From: an uncultured Candidatus Saccharibacteria bacterium
Lineage (GTDB): Bacteria; Patescibacteriota; Minisyncoccia; Phycocordibacterales; Phycocordibacteraceae
Length of the DNA: 64,000 nucleotides
NCBI GenBank assembly: GCA_964446735.1
Contig: CAYUQB010000001.1
Span: 27,892-91,891 of the forward strand
Reading direction: 5' to 3'
The notes below the pieces were generated by a model. That model was not told the origin of the DNA, did not search any database, and saw nothing but the letters and a program-made list of their open reading frames with translations. The stretch's first letter is position 1. Each line of letters starts with the position of its first letter. Below are positions 20,864 through 30,261 of the stretch, one piece after another. A program made the position numbers and the translations under genes.

Positions 20864-21283
20864 ATGACTATAGCAGAACTGCGGGAACGAAGCAATACAG
20901 CCCTTTCTCGTGTTCCCATGGACGTTTTGGTGGTCGGAGTGGTTATCCTCTCCTCGAGCGCTTCCTTTGGACTGGGGTATCTCACGGGAAGGGAGGGGGA
21001 GGAGAAGGACCGAGGATTCTGGATCGAGGACGTATCTACCACCTCGGCTAAAACCCTCCCGGCTGCAGCTATTGTTGCTCCACCTATACCGGTCGTTACC
21101 CCAGGGACTATCCTTACACCCAAGGAAGGGAAGTACGTTGCATCTAAATCAGGGAAGAAGTACTACCTTCCGAGCTGTTCTGGTGCCAAGCGTATAAAGG
21201 AGGAGAACAAGGTGTGGTTTGCGACTCTTGAGGCCGCACAGGCATCTGGCCGCACCCCTGCCGCTAACTGTCCCGGCCTATGA
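20864..21283 (+). CDS. Membrane protein with Ada-like metal-binding C-terminal domain
   Basis: TM then ASKSGKKYY.PSC....I...N..F.....A...G....C. Confidence 0.7.
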   Translation: MTIAELRERSNTALSRVPMDVLVVGVVILSSSASFGLGYLTGREGEEKDRGFWIEDVSTTSAKTLPAAAIVAPPIPVVTPGTILTPKEGKYVASKSGKKYYLPSCSGAKRIKEENKVWFATLEAAQASGRTPAANCPGL

Positions 21284-21882
21284 TCGTACTTGATGTCGAA
21301 TCGACGAGTCTGGTGCCTGAGACCGGATCGATCCTGTCTCTTGGTGCACTTGATCTTGATGAACCCACCAACCAATTCTATGACGAGTGTCGTATCTGGG
21401 AGGGTGCACATGTCACCGACGAGGCATTGGTCATAAACGGATTTAGTCAGGAAGAGATACGCGATCCGAGCAAGAAGAGCGAGGCCGAGCTCATCGCGGC
21501 CTTCGTCGCATGGGCCACGGATCGTCCGAAGAACCGAATACTCGCAGCGCAGAATGTTTCGTTTGATCTCGAGTATGTGCAGGAGGCATGCAAGCGGGCG
21601 GGTATCGATTGCCCATTCGGAAAACGCACGATCGACACGCACACCTTGGTTTGGCTCCATATGACTGAACACGGCGTCGTTCCTCCTCTTAACGAACACG
21701 GACACTCCGCCATCAATCTTGATGTTGCACTCCAGTATTGTGGGATTCCGGCAGAACCTAAACCGCATAACGCACTCACTGGTGCGTACTGTCACGCCGA
21801 AGTCGTCGCGCGTATAGCGTATAATCGAACGGTACTACCTGACTTTGGCACTTTTCCGATACCATGGCTGACGAACCGTTGA
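21280..21882 (+). CDS. DEDD-family 3'-5' exonuclease-like protein
   Basis: VLDVEST, QNVSFD, HNALTGA (last Asp replaced by Gly). Confidence 0.8.
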   Translation: MIVLDVESTSLVPETGSILSLGALDLDEPTNQFYDECRIWEGAHVTDEALVINGFSQEEIRDPSKKSEAELIAAFVAWATDRPKNRILAAQNVSFDLEYVQEACKRAGIDCPFGKRTIDTHTLVWLHMTEHGVVPPLNEHGHSAINLDVALQYCGIPAEPKPHNALTGAYCHAEVVARIAYNRTVLPDFGTFPIPWLTNR

Positions 21883-22652
21883 TACCTACTCCTACCGTAG
21901 AGCTTCCGGTCCCTATCGCAGGTGATAGGGAAGAGAAGCATCGGACAATGGGAGCCGCTCTTGAGCGCACCATTGCGGAAGGGAAGCATGCTGTGCCGCC
22001 ACTACCGGATCCTCTGGTCTGTAAGCCCCAGCAGATTGAAAGCTGGCGGGTCTTCAAGATCATGAGTGAGTTTGTGGAAGGCTTCGAACTTCTACGAAAA
22101 TATGGACTCGCCGCAAGTTTCTTTGGCACCGCTCGACAGACATTCGAACCTCGCTTCTACGAGGAGGCGACTGAACTTGCTGGCCGTCTTGCCAAGGCTG
22201 GCTACGCGGTGATCACCGGAGGAAACGCCGGTATCATGGAGGCTGCGAACAAAGGTGCCTTTGAGGCTGGTGGTGCCTCTATTGGTCTCAACATCCGTAT
22301 TGCAGAGGATCCTGTACTAAACGCGTACATCACTGATTCGGTAACCTTCGATCATTTCTTCGTACGCAAGGTGATGCTCGCGTTCGCGTCGGAAGTCTAT
22401 ATCTATTTCCCTGGTGGGTACGGAACGCTTGATGAATTTACAGAGATTCTCACGCTTGTACAAACTAAGAAGATTCGCAAAGTCCCAATCGTGCTGTATG
22501 GCAAAGAGTACTGGGATCCGCTTATAGATTTTTTCTGCAACAAACTGTTTAAGGAGCATGCCGCTATCAACGAAGAAGATCTAGAGCTCTTCCGCGTAGT
22601 GGATTCGGTAGACGAGGCATTTGAATATATTCAGAAGAGTGTGAAGTGCTAA
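21864..22652 (+). CDS. LOG family nucleotide nucleosidase (TIGR00730-like)
   Basis: FGTAR, ITGG..GIMEAAN, FFVRK, PGGYGTLDE. Confidence 0.9.
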   Translation: MADEPLIPTPTVELPVPIAGDREEKHRTMGAALERTIAEGKHAVPPLPDPLVCKPQQIESWRVFKIMSEFVEGFELLRKYGLAASFFGTARQTFEPRFYEEATELAGRLAKAGYAVITGGNAGIMEAANKGAFEAGGASIGLNIRIAEDPVLNAYITDSVTFDHFFVRKVMLAFASEVYIYFPGGYGTLDEFTEILTLVQTKKIRKVPIVLYGKEYWDPLIDFFCNKLFKEHAAINEEDLELFRVVDSVDEAFEYIQKSVKC

Positions 22653-22707
22653 ATAAAGAAGTTCCCGACGCCGCTGGTGCGGGCGTCGGGACTCTTCGTG
22701 GCGATGT

Positions 22708-22971
22708 TCAGCTATAGCGGAACGCCGAACTGATGACGCCGGGCTGCTCGATGGCTCGCTTGGAGAGCTCCTCCTCCATCCCTTCCGGCACGGAGACGTA
22801 GGAGACGATCTCGCTGCCGTTGTAGCCTTCGCCGAACGTCCCGCCGATCGCCTCCACAGCGCCCTGGCACACCTCGAGCGGTGTGCCTTTCTCAAACTGG
22901 ATCACCACCCAGCCGGGAACATGGCGTCCTCCGTGATGCACGGGAGGCGGAACATTTTTGATGTCGGTCAT
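22708..22971 (-). CDS. Small orphan protein (ferredoxin-like/I9-like fold possible)
   Basis: AGGAGG SD; alternating beta/alpha pattern. Confidence 0.55.
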   Translation of the reverse strand: MTDIKNVPPPVHHGGRHVPGWVVIQFEKGTPLEVCQGAVEAIGGTFGEGYNGSEIVSYVSVPEGMEEELSKRAIEQPGVISSAFRYS

Positions 22972-23237
22972 GACAATTTCCTCCTACCCCTGAACATACA
23001 AGAAGGAAGAGGGAAGGCAAGGGTAGGGGAGTTGAGTATCGGTGCCAAATATCACCTGTGCTCGATCTCCCCTACACCACTCCTCTACCACCTCGCGGGG
23101 AAGACCCTGCCAATTATTTTGTGATCCAAATTTAGCGGAGAATGCCACCGACCTGCCGGACAGGAATTTTAAGACCATTGATAGGGGAGAAGGAGCAAAG
23201 TTTCATATCCGGGCGCTTAGGGTTTAAAGATATATAA

Positions 23238-23265
23238 AGTGCGCACAATATACCTTTTACGCACT
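23238..23265. other. Putative dif-like (Xer) site
   Basis: AGTGCGCACAA-TATACC-TTTTACGCACT 11-6-11 inverted repeat in an AT-rich intergenic patch; skew flips across it. Confidence 0.55.
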
Positions 23266-23547
23266 TATAATATAGTGGGCCGCGGTACGGCATCTTCAGA
23301 CTTTCCTTAAATACCTCGCTCCCCTTGCCTGTCTAGGTGATTTTCCTTTGCCTATACGATCCTAAGGTTTTGTCCTACTTCCCTATATATCTACGGAAAC
23401 CCAGAAGATTCGACTCAAGCCACTTCCCCAGTTTTGCCGAGATTTGATAGGGGAGTCACTTCCCTGCCGCTCCCCCACCGACTCTTGTTCATCCGAGATA
23501 TGGCTTGGGTGGGCGGTCCTACACGGAAGGGAGCAGTATTTTTATTG

Positions 23548-25041
23548 TCAGGCTGCCAAGTCCAGGTTTTGGGTAATACGAATCTGCGATACGAAATCAG
23601 GCACGTGAGAGACCAGTATCATCGCGCCTTCGTACTCATCAAGCGCTTTGGCAATGATCGGTAGGTGGCGGAAGTTGATGTGGTTAGTCGGCTCATCGAG
23701 TATGAGGAGTCCAGGGCGTTCAAGCACGAGCCGAGCAAATGCGACGAGACCTTTCTGACCTTCGGAGAGCACGCCGATCTTCTTACCAATCTGTTCGCGA
23801 GTAATCAGGAATCCTGCGGCGACCGCACGCATACGTTCTTCATCTGGTTTATCCATGGCAGAAAGGAGAGACTCAAAGACCGTGTGCTCAAAATTAAGGG
23901 TGGAGAAATCTTGACGGTAGTAACCGACTCGAACACCCTCGGCAATCTTCGCGCCCTCTGCGGTACCACGTGCGAGCGACTCAAGCAGGGTGGTCTTACC
24001 AATCCCGTTTGGACCGGTGAGTTGGAGATGGTCGCGGCGCTTGAGTACGATCTCTCGCTTCTTTACTTTTGGTTTGTGCGTCTTCGGATCGATAGTCGTG
24101 AAGGATTGTATTGAAAGCAATTCGCCGACCAGCTCCGGTTGCGCGGGAATAGTGAAGGGACGGATAGTCTTATCCTCTTTACGGACATCCACTTTATCTT
24201 CCTCCATCTGCTCAACCTCTTCGCGCATCTTTTTTGCAACGAGACGCATCTTACCTCCCTTTTGTGCGAAGAAGTTTGCTTTGTCTTTGTTATCCTGGAT
24301 CTTCTTTGCAAGCTGCGCGTTCTTGCGATTCTCGCGTTCAATACGGGCCGTTATCTCCTTTAGGAGGTCGTAGTAGTTACCGGTGTACTGTTCGACTTTG
24401 CGGGTATGCACATCAAGGTACAGCACGCCGTCGGTGAATGAATTAAGGAACTCTGCATCGTGCGAAATGACCAAGCAGCTCTTTTGGTACGCCTTAAGGA
24501 AATCCGTCAGATGCTCAATACCTGCGGTATCGAGGTTATTCGTTGGCTCATCAAGCAAGAGGAGATCTGGATCCTGGATAAGGGCGCTCGCAAGTAGAAG
24601 GCGAGCCTGCTGACCGCCTGAAAAGGAACTGACGAGCCGTTCCTTGGGTGCGTGAAGATTCACGACATCGAGCACCGCATCTATCTTTGGATCTATATCG
24701 TAGACCTTTTTGCTGAAGGATGCCTCAAAGAACTCTCGGATGGAGCGTTCACGAAGCGCAGGCGGTATGACCTGGGCTGCCATAGCAATCGAGACACCGC
24801 GGGGGATTTGGATCTTGCCATGCTCTGGGGTGAGCTCGCCCGTTATCAATTTGAAGATAGTCGATTTCCCTGCTCCGTTCTGACCCATGAGAGTCACTTT
24901 CATGCCTGAGCGTAGAGAAAAATCCACCTCATCAAGGATGGGATGGTTGTGTCCGTATTCAAAGGACGCCTCCTCAAACCGCACGATTACTTCTTTGGGA
25001 CCCGCAGCAGGGCCACGTTCTTTCGAACCCGATCCGCTCAT
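23548..25041 (-). CDS. ABC-F family ATPase
   Basis: Two ABC domains (GQNGAGKST, GPNGIGKTT, LDEPTN twice), no TMs. Confidence 0.92.
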   Translation of the reverse strand: MSGSGSKERGPAAGPKEVIVRFEEASFEYGHNHPILDEVDFSLRSGMKVTLMGQNGAGKSTIFKLITGELTPEHGKIQIPRGVSIAMAAQVIPPALRERSIREFFEASFSKKVYDIDPKIDAVLDVVNLHAPKERLVSSFSGGQQARLLLASALIQDPDLLLLDEPTNNLDTAGIEHLTDFLKAYQKSCLVISHDAEFLNSFTDGVLYLDVHTRKVEQYTGNYYDLLKEITARIERENRKNAQLAKKIQDNKDKANFFAQKGGKMRLVAKKMREEVEQMEEDKVDVRKEDKTIRPFTIPAQPELVGELLSIQSFTTIDPKTHKPKVKKREIVLKRRDHLQLTGPNGIGKTTLLESLARGTAEGAKIAEGVRVGYYRQDFSTLNFEHTVFESLLSAMDKPDEERMRAVAAGFLITREQIGKKIGVLSEGQKGLVAFARLVLERPGLLILDEPTNHINFRHLPIIAKALDEYEGAMILVSHVPDFVSQIRITQNLDLAA

Positions 25042-25046
25042 ATCTA

Positions 25047-25292
25047 CTAGGTCGCTTTCTTCCCTTCAACGGGACGTACGCGAAGCCAGTCCATGATTTG
25101 TTTGCGATGAGCGGCAAGTGTCCATGCACCCTCGTCTTTGAATGCCTGTGCATGTCCTTCGCGATATTCCTCAAGCGAAGCGCGTGTAGCACGCGGAAAA
25201 GTCTCCGGAAGCCCCTCATTGTAGAGTACGAGGAACTCAGCAAGGGTACGGGGCCGTTCACTGCGCTCACGATCGAGATCAAGCAACTTCAT
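25047..25292 (-). CDS. Conserved-looking small hypothetical protein
   Basis: TATAAT 8 nt before ATG; abuts the ABC-F gene. Confidence 0.6.
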   Translation of the reverse strand: MKLLDLDRERSERPRTLAEFLVLYNEGLPETFPRATRASLEEYREGHAQAFKDEGAWTLAAHRKQIMDWLRVRPVEGKKAT

Positions 25293-25381
25293 TGGAATCG
25301 ATTATACCATAAGACCCGAGGGGTGTCAGGTAGTCCCACGTCTTCATACAAACTACGCGTGCATCGGTATACTGCTGATAT

Positions 25382-25630
25382 ATGAACATCGACTTCGCAC
25401 AACTTCCCAAATCGCTCGCTGACACCATATCCATTAATTACACTCAACATCATTTCCTTCTTGCGTTCAGCTCCGGCCAGAATGTTATGGCGTTCGCGTT
25501 GCCACCTGAGCTCATGAAAGCATTTGCGGCTGGACTTCCCGCTAAATTGGCAGAATACGAGGAGAAGTTCGGCACCATAGACCCAGCGGGTGCTGAGGGC
25601 GGTATCCAAAGTCCTATTCAGATTGCATAG
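25382..25630 (+). CDS. Small hypothetical protein (DUF3467-like)
   Basis: Ends with helix L...L..YE.KFG.I; TATACT upstream. Confidence 0.6.
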   Translation: MNIDFAQLPKSLADTISINYTQHHFLLAFSSGQNVMAFALPPELMKAFAAGLPAKLAEYEEKFGTIDPAGAEGGIQSPIQIA

Positions 25631-25727
25631 GAGAGACACTTCCCTGTCGGTAAGAGCTCACATTTTGATTCGTCGAAGACAGATAGTAGAGTAAATACCA
25701 GGTAAATTAGTACGAGGGGTTGATCTC

Positions 25728-25949
25728 ATGTCTGCCACGCCCGCCATCAGGACTTCGCAAAAGCCTCCGGCAGTAGGAGGCGACGGTGCGCTACGCGACA
25801 CCTGTCCGCACTGCACGCAGCTCGTGTTTTGCTACGGTCCAAATCGTAGCAACCTACGGCTCGAGGATCATGATCTGCCGGCCAACGGGTCGACGGAAGT
25901 TCGCAGGTGTTCTGGATCGGGGACGGTCCCGAAGAACCCGCACTGTTAA
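25728..25949 (+). CDS. Small Cys/His-rich protein
   Basis: CPHC...H...CSGSG; GAGGGG SD; terminator near 25975-26008. Confidence 0.5.
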   Translation: MSATPAIRTSQKPPAVGGDGALRDTCPHCTQLVFCYGPNRSNLRLEDHDLPANGSTEVRRCSGSGTVPKNPHC

Positions 25950-26068
25950 CGCCATCGCCTGACCACTGAAGGAGCCCCCGGCCCCTTGCGGTCGGGCGGT
26001 TTCTTTTTAGTACGGGATCAAGTACCCTTCCGGTAGGCGCTTTCGCCGCGCCAGATAGAGGAGAATCC

Positions 26069-26692
26069 GTGGTGAAAGACCTGCCCTTTCAAAAAGTGAT
26101 CGTTGCTCGATTTACGGGTGACGGGATCTGCATCAAGAACCCATGGGTGGATGTCGAGCTATATCCTCGAGTACCACTCTATTTCTTCGCCGGCCCGATC
26201 CTCGGCGCGCCCGACTGGCAGCTGGAGCTCTTCCGACTGCTCCAAGCTAGACTACGCTGCTTCATCGCCGTCATTCCGACGCGCTATCCGACGTCCCATC
26301 CACTCTATCCGCATCGTCTGGATGGTGTTCCGGACTACTTCAAGCGGCAACGTCGCTTCGAAGCCTACTACATCAAGCTGGCCCGCGAAGCGCTGCGAAA
26401 GCACCCGGGCGGCGGGGCCCTCCTGTTCAACCTCTGCTGCCAAGTGGAGCCGAGACAGGATGGAAGACCCTACGGCACCGACTCGTGGCGTGAAGCCGCG
26501 GAGACCTACACACGCCTTGAATACGAAGAGGATCTCTGCGTGCTGGTGCGGGCCCAAGAAGGTTTTCCTGGAAGTGATGTGCTGCACGATTGCTTCAACG
26601 AAGCAACCGGTGGCACGTTCCCGTTCTATGCGACGCTCGCTGAGCTCGCCTTTGAAGCAGCCAGACTCGCCCCGGAAGACGCGTTGGTATAG
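26069..26692 (+). CDS. Nucleoside 2-deoxyribosyltransferase-like protein
   Basis: FFAGPILGAPDWQ, IP.R, Q..FE..Y motifs; GAGGAG SD. Confidence 0.65.
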   Translation: MVKDLPFQKVIVARFTGDGICIKNPWVDVELYPRVPLYFFAGPILGAPDWQLELFRLLQARLRCFIAVIPTRYPTSHPLYPHRLDGVPDYFKRQRRFEAYYIKLAREALRKHPGGGALLFNLCCQVEPRQDGRPYGTDSWREAAETYTRLEYEEDLCVLVRAQEGFPGSDVLHDCFNEATGGTFPFYATLAELAFEAARLAPEDALV

Positions 26693-26752
26693 TTCCCAGT
26701 TCCGTCAAATTCAGAGAAGGCGCCAAGGAGAAATCTGCAGCGCCTTTTCACA

Positions 26753-27607
26753 TTAATTCGGCAAAATGTCGCGAAGCTCCTGCGAATTATAGAAATTACC
26801 CGCGAGTTCTCCAAAGCTGTACGTATGACCACCGGTAGTAATAGGTGCTCCAGCAGTCTTTGGATCTGCCTTTGGACTCGATGCGGCGAATCCTATGTTG
26901 AACAGCGTTGCGACAATCTCCGGTCGCGCGGATATCGGGTGCCCAGCACGCTCCCATTGCATCTGTATCTCCTTAAGGTAGATAGCGGTGTAGAGGTACG
27001 AGTAATAGTGGTCCTTTGCATCCGTAAGCCGTTTATACAGTTCCGCGTCCCGATCTACACCCGCTTGGTACGCTAGGCGCTCGGCATGGCCAGGGCCGGG
27101 ATAAAAGGCGGAGTTAGGATCTGCTGCATACTTTTCAATGTCACGCGCAGTCTCCTGTTTGATGCCAGAAACTCCAAGAGAGAATTGGGAAAGCGAACCA
27201 AGTATCTTGAGCGGTTCGAAATAGCGCTTAAACACTTCGCGTTCAGAGGTGAAGAAGCGTATTTGCTCTGGCACGACGACTGCTGCAATGAGTCGGGGTG
27301 AGACACCGGTCTCCCGCCCAACACGAGTAATGAGTGCAGCGTCCTTGGTGAGTCCTCCTGCAACTACTGCCCATTCAGGAGTTTCATTCCATGCGCACTC
27401 ACGTGCGTTGGTCGTGCAGGGCGGTACAGACATCTTTGCCTCCGCTGACTTCCCTGTTGGGAGAAAGAAAGAGTTTCGTTCCTCGATGGAGCCTCGGACA
27501 TTCAAAAGTCCGAACTGCATAGCAATAAATACCGCCGTAAAGGCAAGGCCGATGAGTGCAAATATGCCAACCGCAAATGCGGCGAAAATACGCAGGCTCT
27601 TCTTCAT
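26753..27607 (-). CDS. Membrane-anchored lysozyme/lytic-transglycosylase-like protein
   Basis: N-terminal TM; GVSPRLIAAVVVPEQ, SLGVSGIK and LFNIG resemble SLT motifs I-III. Confidence 0.5.
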   Translation of the reverse strand: MKKSLRIFAAFAVGIFALIGLAFTAVFIAMQFGLLNVRGSIEERNSFFLPTGKSAEAKMSVPPCTTNARECAWNETPEWAVVAGGLTKDAALITRVGRETGVSPRLIAAVVVPEQIRFFTSEREVFKRYFEPLKILGSLSQFSLGVSGIKQETARDIEKYAADPNSAFYPGPGHAERLAYQAGVDRDAELYKRLTDAKDHYYSYLYTAIYLKEIQMQWERAGHPISARPEIVATLFNIGFAASSPKADPKTAGAPITTGGHTYSFGELAGNFYNSQELRDILPN

Positions 27608-27687
27608 GCAATGTCTTCTTTGTAGCAGAAGAAGTCAGTAATGAAAACCAAAGGGCTCGCCGTTTCCAGCGAGCCCCGGGGTTTTGA

Positions 27688-28044
27688 TCATGACCAGATT
27701 CTCCCACTATTCGCGTTTGTGCCGTTTGCAACGGCGATGAGCAGCGAGCTGTGCGGATCCAGTGGCAGGCGCAGCTTTTCGGGGTCATAGAAGACCCACA
27801 CCGGTGCCTCCAGCGCGTCGGCCACCTGTTGGAGCCGAGCGGCGTAGACACGGTTTGCGGCGCACTCCCACTTTTGCACTTGCTGCGAGCGCACACCGAC
27901 ACGCGCGCCGAGTTCGATTTGCGACATCCCTCTCCAGCGCCTGATGCGCCGGATACGAATGCCGATCGCCACGTCGTCGTGGGTGATGGACCTCTTACTC
28001 TCCGAAACCGCTACGTGCGGCGCGACCAAAGCGGTCATGGACAT
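27688..28044 (-). CDS. XRE-family HTH regulator
   Basis: G.RIR..R...GMSQ.ELG..VGV..QQVQK.E...NRV...RL. Confidence 0.85.
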   Translation of the reverse strand: MSMTALVAPHVAVSESKRSITHDDVAIGIRIRRIRRWRGMSQIELGARVGVRSQQVQKWECAANRVYAARLQQVADALEAPVWVFYDPEKLRLPLDPHSSLLIAVANGTNANSGRIWS

Positions 28045-28114
28045 GGCTAAACCCTTCCCTCAAACAAGCCAGTCCGTACTGTAAAACAAAAGTACGTGAA
28101 GGTCAAATGAAGTC

Positions 28115-29359
28115 CTACTTCACCTGCTTCACCACTGACCACATCCCTGGGTCTGATCCCCCATCCATCTTGAATACGGCAACGCCGCGGACGCCGAGTT
28201 TCTTGGCAAGTGCCACCTTGTCCCCTATTGCTTTCGCATCACTCCACCAGAGCATATAAAACGGTGACTGCTTTGATTCAGCTTTTGCGATTTGAAGTGC
28301 ACCGATCGCCGCCAGCAGACTCGAAGGAGTTCCTGCGGGAGCTCGTGCGGCAAGCTGGCTTTGAGTCGGGAGCCCCACATTTGAAAGTGATTTAGGGACA
28401 TACGTAAAGGAAAGTTCGCCAGCCGCATTTCTTGCAGGTGTTATGCCAAGAGAAGTAGCAAGATCAGTTGCGTACTTGGGATTGAATGCCTCGAGGAGGT
28501 CGTAGCGATATCCAGAGCCATCTGAATACGGCATGACCTGATAGATATAGCCATAGGTCGCAATACCAATCATTATTTTTGATTTGCTGATGTCCTTAGC
28601 AGTAAAGTTCACTACTTTCTCTACCCATTTGGGATCTGCGACAGGAGAATAGAGTCCTTTACTATTTGCTGCGTTTAGCTTGATATCTGCCGACTGCTGA
28701 TCATAGGTCATCAACTTCACCCGATCGCAGTACTTATTGATTGCCTTGTAGTCATTGGCATATTCAAGATCCTTGGGAATGGTCTTGTAGAGCGAGTCCG
28801 GAGGAGTACGCGCCTCAATAGTACACATCACCCACTTGTCGCCCATCTTGGTGTAGAGCTCCTTGAGGAAGGCGGAGTAATTATCACGATCCTCCGCACG
28901 CTTCCCTTCGTAGTCGATATCGACGCCGTCAAAGTTGTTTTCCTTCACCATCTTCACGATGGCGCTCACATGCCGCGCCCGTTTCTTTTTGTCGCCGAGC
29001 ACGTCAGCGATTGCCTGCGTGTCACTCCACATCACGGTGGGAATAACACGAACTTTCTTCGCTTTTGCTTCTTGTATGAATGTGTCCCAATTCCCCTTCT
29101 CGATCCCAGCCGCATCGTACAAGCTTCCGTCCTTTTTTACGGTATAGCCAAATGGATTCACTTCAGTCATTTGTGACAAACGCGGAAGCACATCTGCAGT
29201 ACCGGTAGCAACTCGCCAATATGGTATCCATCCGGACACTTCAAATTTTGCTGTTGCTGCATGTGCCGTACCCGGCATCACGTTAAAAAGCATGGCTGCG
29301 AGCGCAAAGATAAGTGCGAGCTCGACGAGTATGAGAAATTGACGGGGGTACAAGTGCAT
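28115..29359 (-). CDS. Secreted GH18 family glycoside hydrolase
   Basis: Signal peptide; FDGVDIDYE catalytic motif, MTYD, GIATYG. Confidence 0.88.
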   Translation of the reverse strand: MHLYPRQFLILVELALIFALAAMLFNVMPGTAHAATAKFEVSGWIPYWRVATGTADVLPRLSQMTEVNPFGYTVKKDGSLYDAAGIEKGNWDTFIQEAKAKKVRVIPTVMWSDTQAIADVLGDKKKRARHVSAIVKMVKENNFDGVDIDYEGKRAEDRDNYSAFLKELYTKMGDKWVMCTIEARTPPDSLYKTIPKDLEYANDYKAINKYCDRVKLMTYDQQSADIKLNAANSKGLYSPVADPKWVEKVVNFTAKDISKSKIMIGIATYGYIYQVMPYSDGSGYRYDLLEAFNPKYATDLATSLGITPARNAAGELSFTYVPKSLSNVGLPTQSQLAARAPAGTPSSLLAAIGALQIAKAESKQSPFYMLWWSDAKAIGDKVALAKKLGVRGVAVFKMDGGSDPGMWSVVKQVK

Positions 29360-29388
29360 GACGTATCGTTAGTATAACAAAAGGACGG

Positions 29389-29425
29389 ATACAGGCCGGA
29401 AGTAGATCTTACTTCCGGCCTGTAT
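29389..29425. terminator. Hairpin/terminator
   Basis: ATACAGGCCGGAAGTA-gatct-TACTTCCGGCCTGTAT 16-bp stem. Confidence 0.6.
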
Positions 29426-29457
29426 GTAGACGCCGCAGAAAGCGGAATCTTTCTTAC

Positions 29458-30072
29458 TTATTTATTCAGAGCGAGTTCTCGACTCGTATAGAGTCGTTCG
29501 AGCTCTTCTTGGGTATCTGGAATGCGTGAGAGCGGGATATGTCCAATCACTTCCACTGTCACGCCACGGCATACTCCAAGCGCAATACCTGGATTATGGG
29601 TCTTACCCGCAACCTTCACCGTGTCAGTGGCGTCGAGTTCGACGTCGATACGCTTCTCCCAACGGGAGTGCATGGAGTCCGCTATGACTCGATAGCCAAT
29701 TAGGTGTTCAACCTTACCGAAGTTACAACTCGGAGAGTCCTTTGCGGTACGTGTGATCTTCACGACGGTACCGAACGGAAGTTCATCCGCAAGGTCGGCT
29801 GAGCGAGCAGCGATGACCTCGTGGTTCGAGGGCAGGCCACTTGCCGTCGTCGACGGATCACCGTCCGTTTGTTCCGGGACGGCATTGTACGCGGTCAGAG
29901 TGACTTCGTAGGAGGCGGTGGCGGACTCTTGGCGAGTCGCCACCTTCCTAGGGGAAGGTTCTTCCTGCGCGGGACCTGCGCTCGGCGTCGTGGAAGCTAC
30001 CACGTGCGCCGGTGCGCTGTTCCCTGGCAAAAAAAGAATCCCCATTACTAGGGCTGTTGCGATGAGGTTCAT
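29458..30072 (-). CDS. 3D-domain (MltA/Sps-like) protein
   Basis: TAYN....QTDGDP..TASG, LPFGT.V, D.M..R...RID; TTGACA-17-TAGTAT promoter places the start at MNLI. Confidence 0.75.
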   Translation of the reverse strand: MNLIATALVMGILFLPGNSAPAHVVASTTPSAGPAQEEPSPRKVATRQESATASYEVTLTAYNAVPEQTDGDPSTTASGLPSNHEVIAARSADLADELPFGTVVKITRTAKDSPSCNFGKVEHLIGYRVIADSMHSRWEKRIDVELDATDTVKVAGKTHNPGIALGVCRGVTVEVIGHIPLSRIPDTQEELERLYTSRELALNK

Positions 30073-30261
30073 AGCGGAAGCCGAAAAACGGCCTCGTTGG
30101 GCCATACTAGCAGATATAGCTTCTTTTGTCAACCCCTCCGGAGGACTGGTGGGCTAAGTACAAGTGGCCTTTTTTGAGAATTGCAAGTCTAGAAAAAGCT
30201 CAGATATATGGCTTTATAAAGCCATATTCTCGACAAACAGGCCAGAATATGGCCTTGCCTC

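Noticed and set aside
6360-22971. Two orphans both starting MTDIK (6569 and 22971)
   Set aside because: Similarity does not extend beyond five residues; probably chance.
22972-23547. RNase P, tmRNA, SRP or 6S RNA in the large gap
   Set aside because: No GAGGAAAGTCC, tRNA-like ends or SRP loop motif found on either strand.
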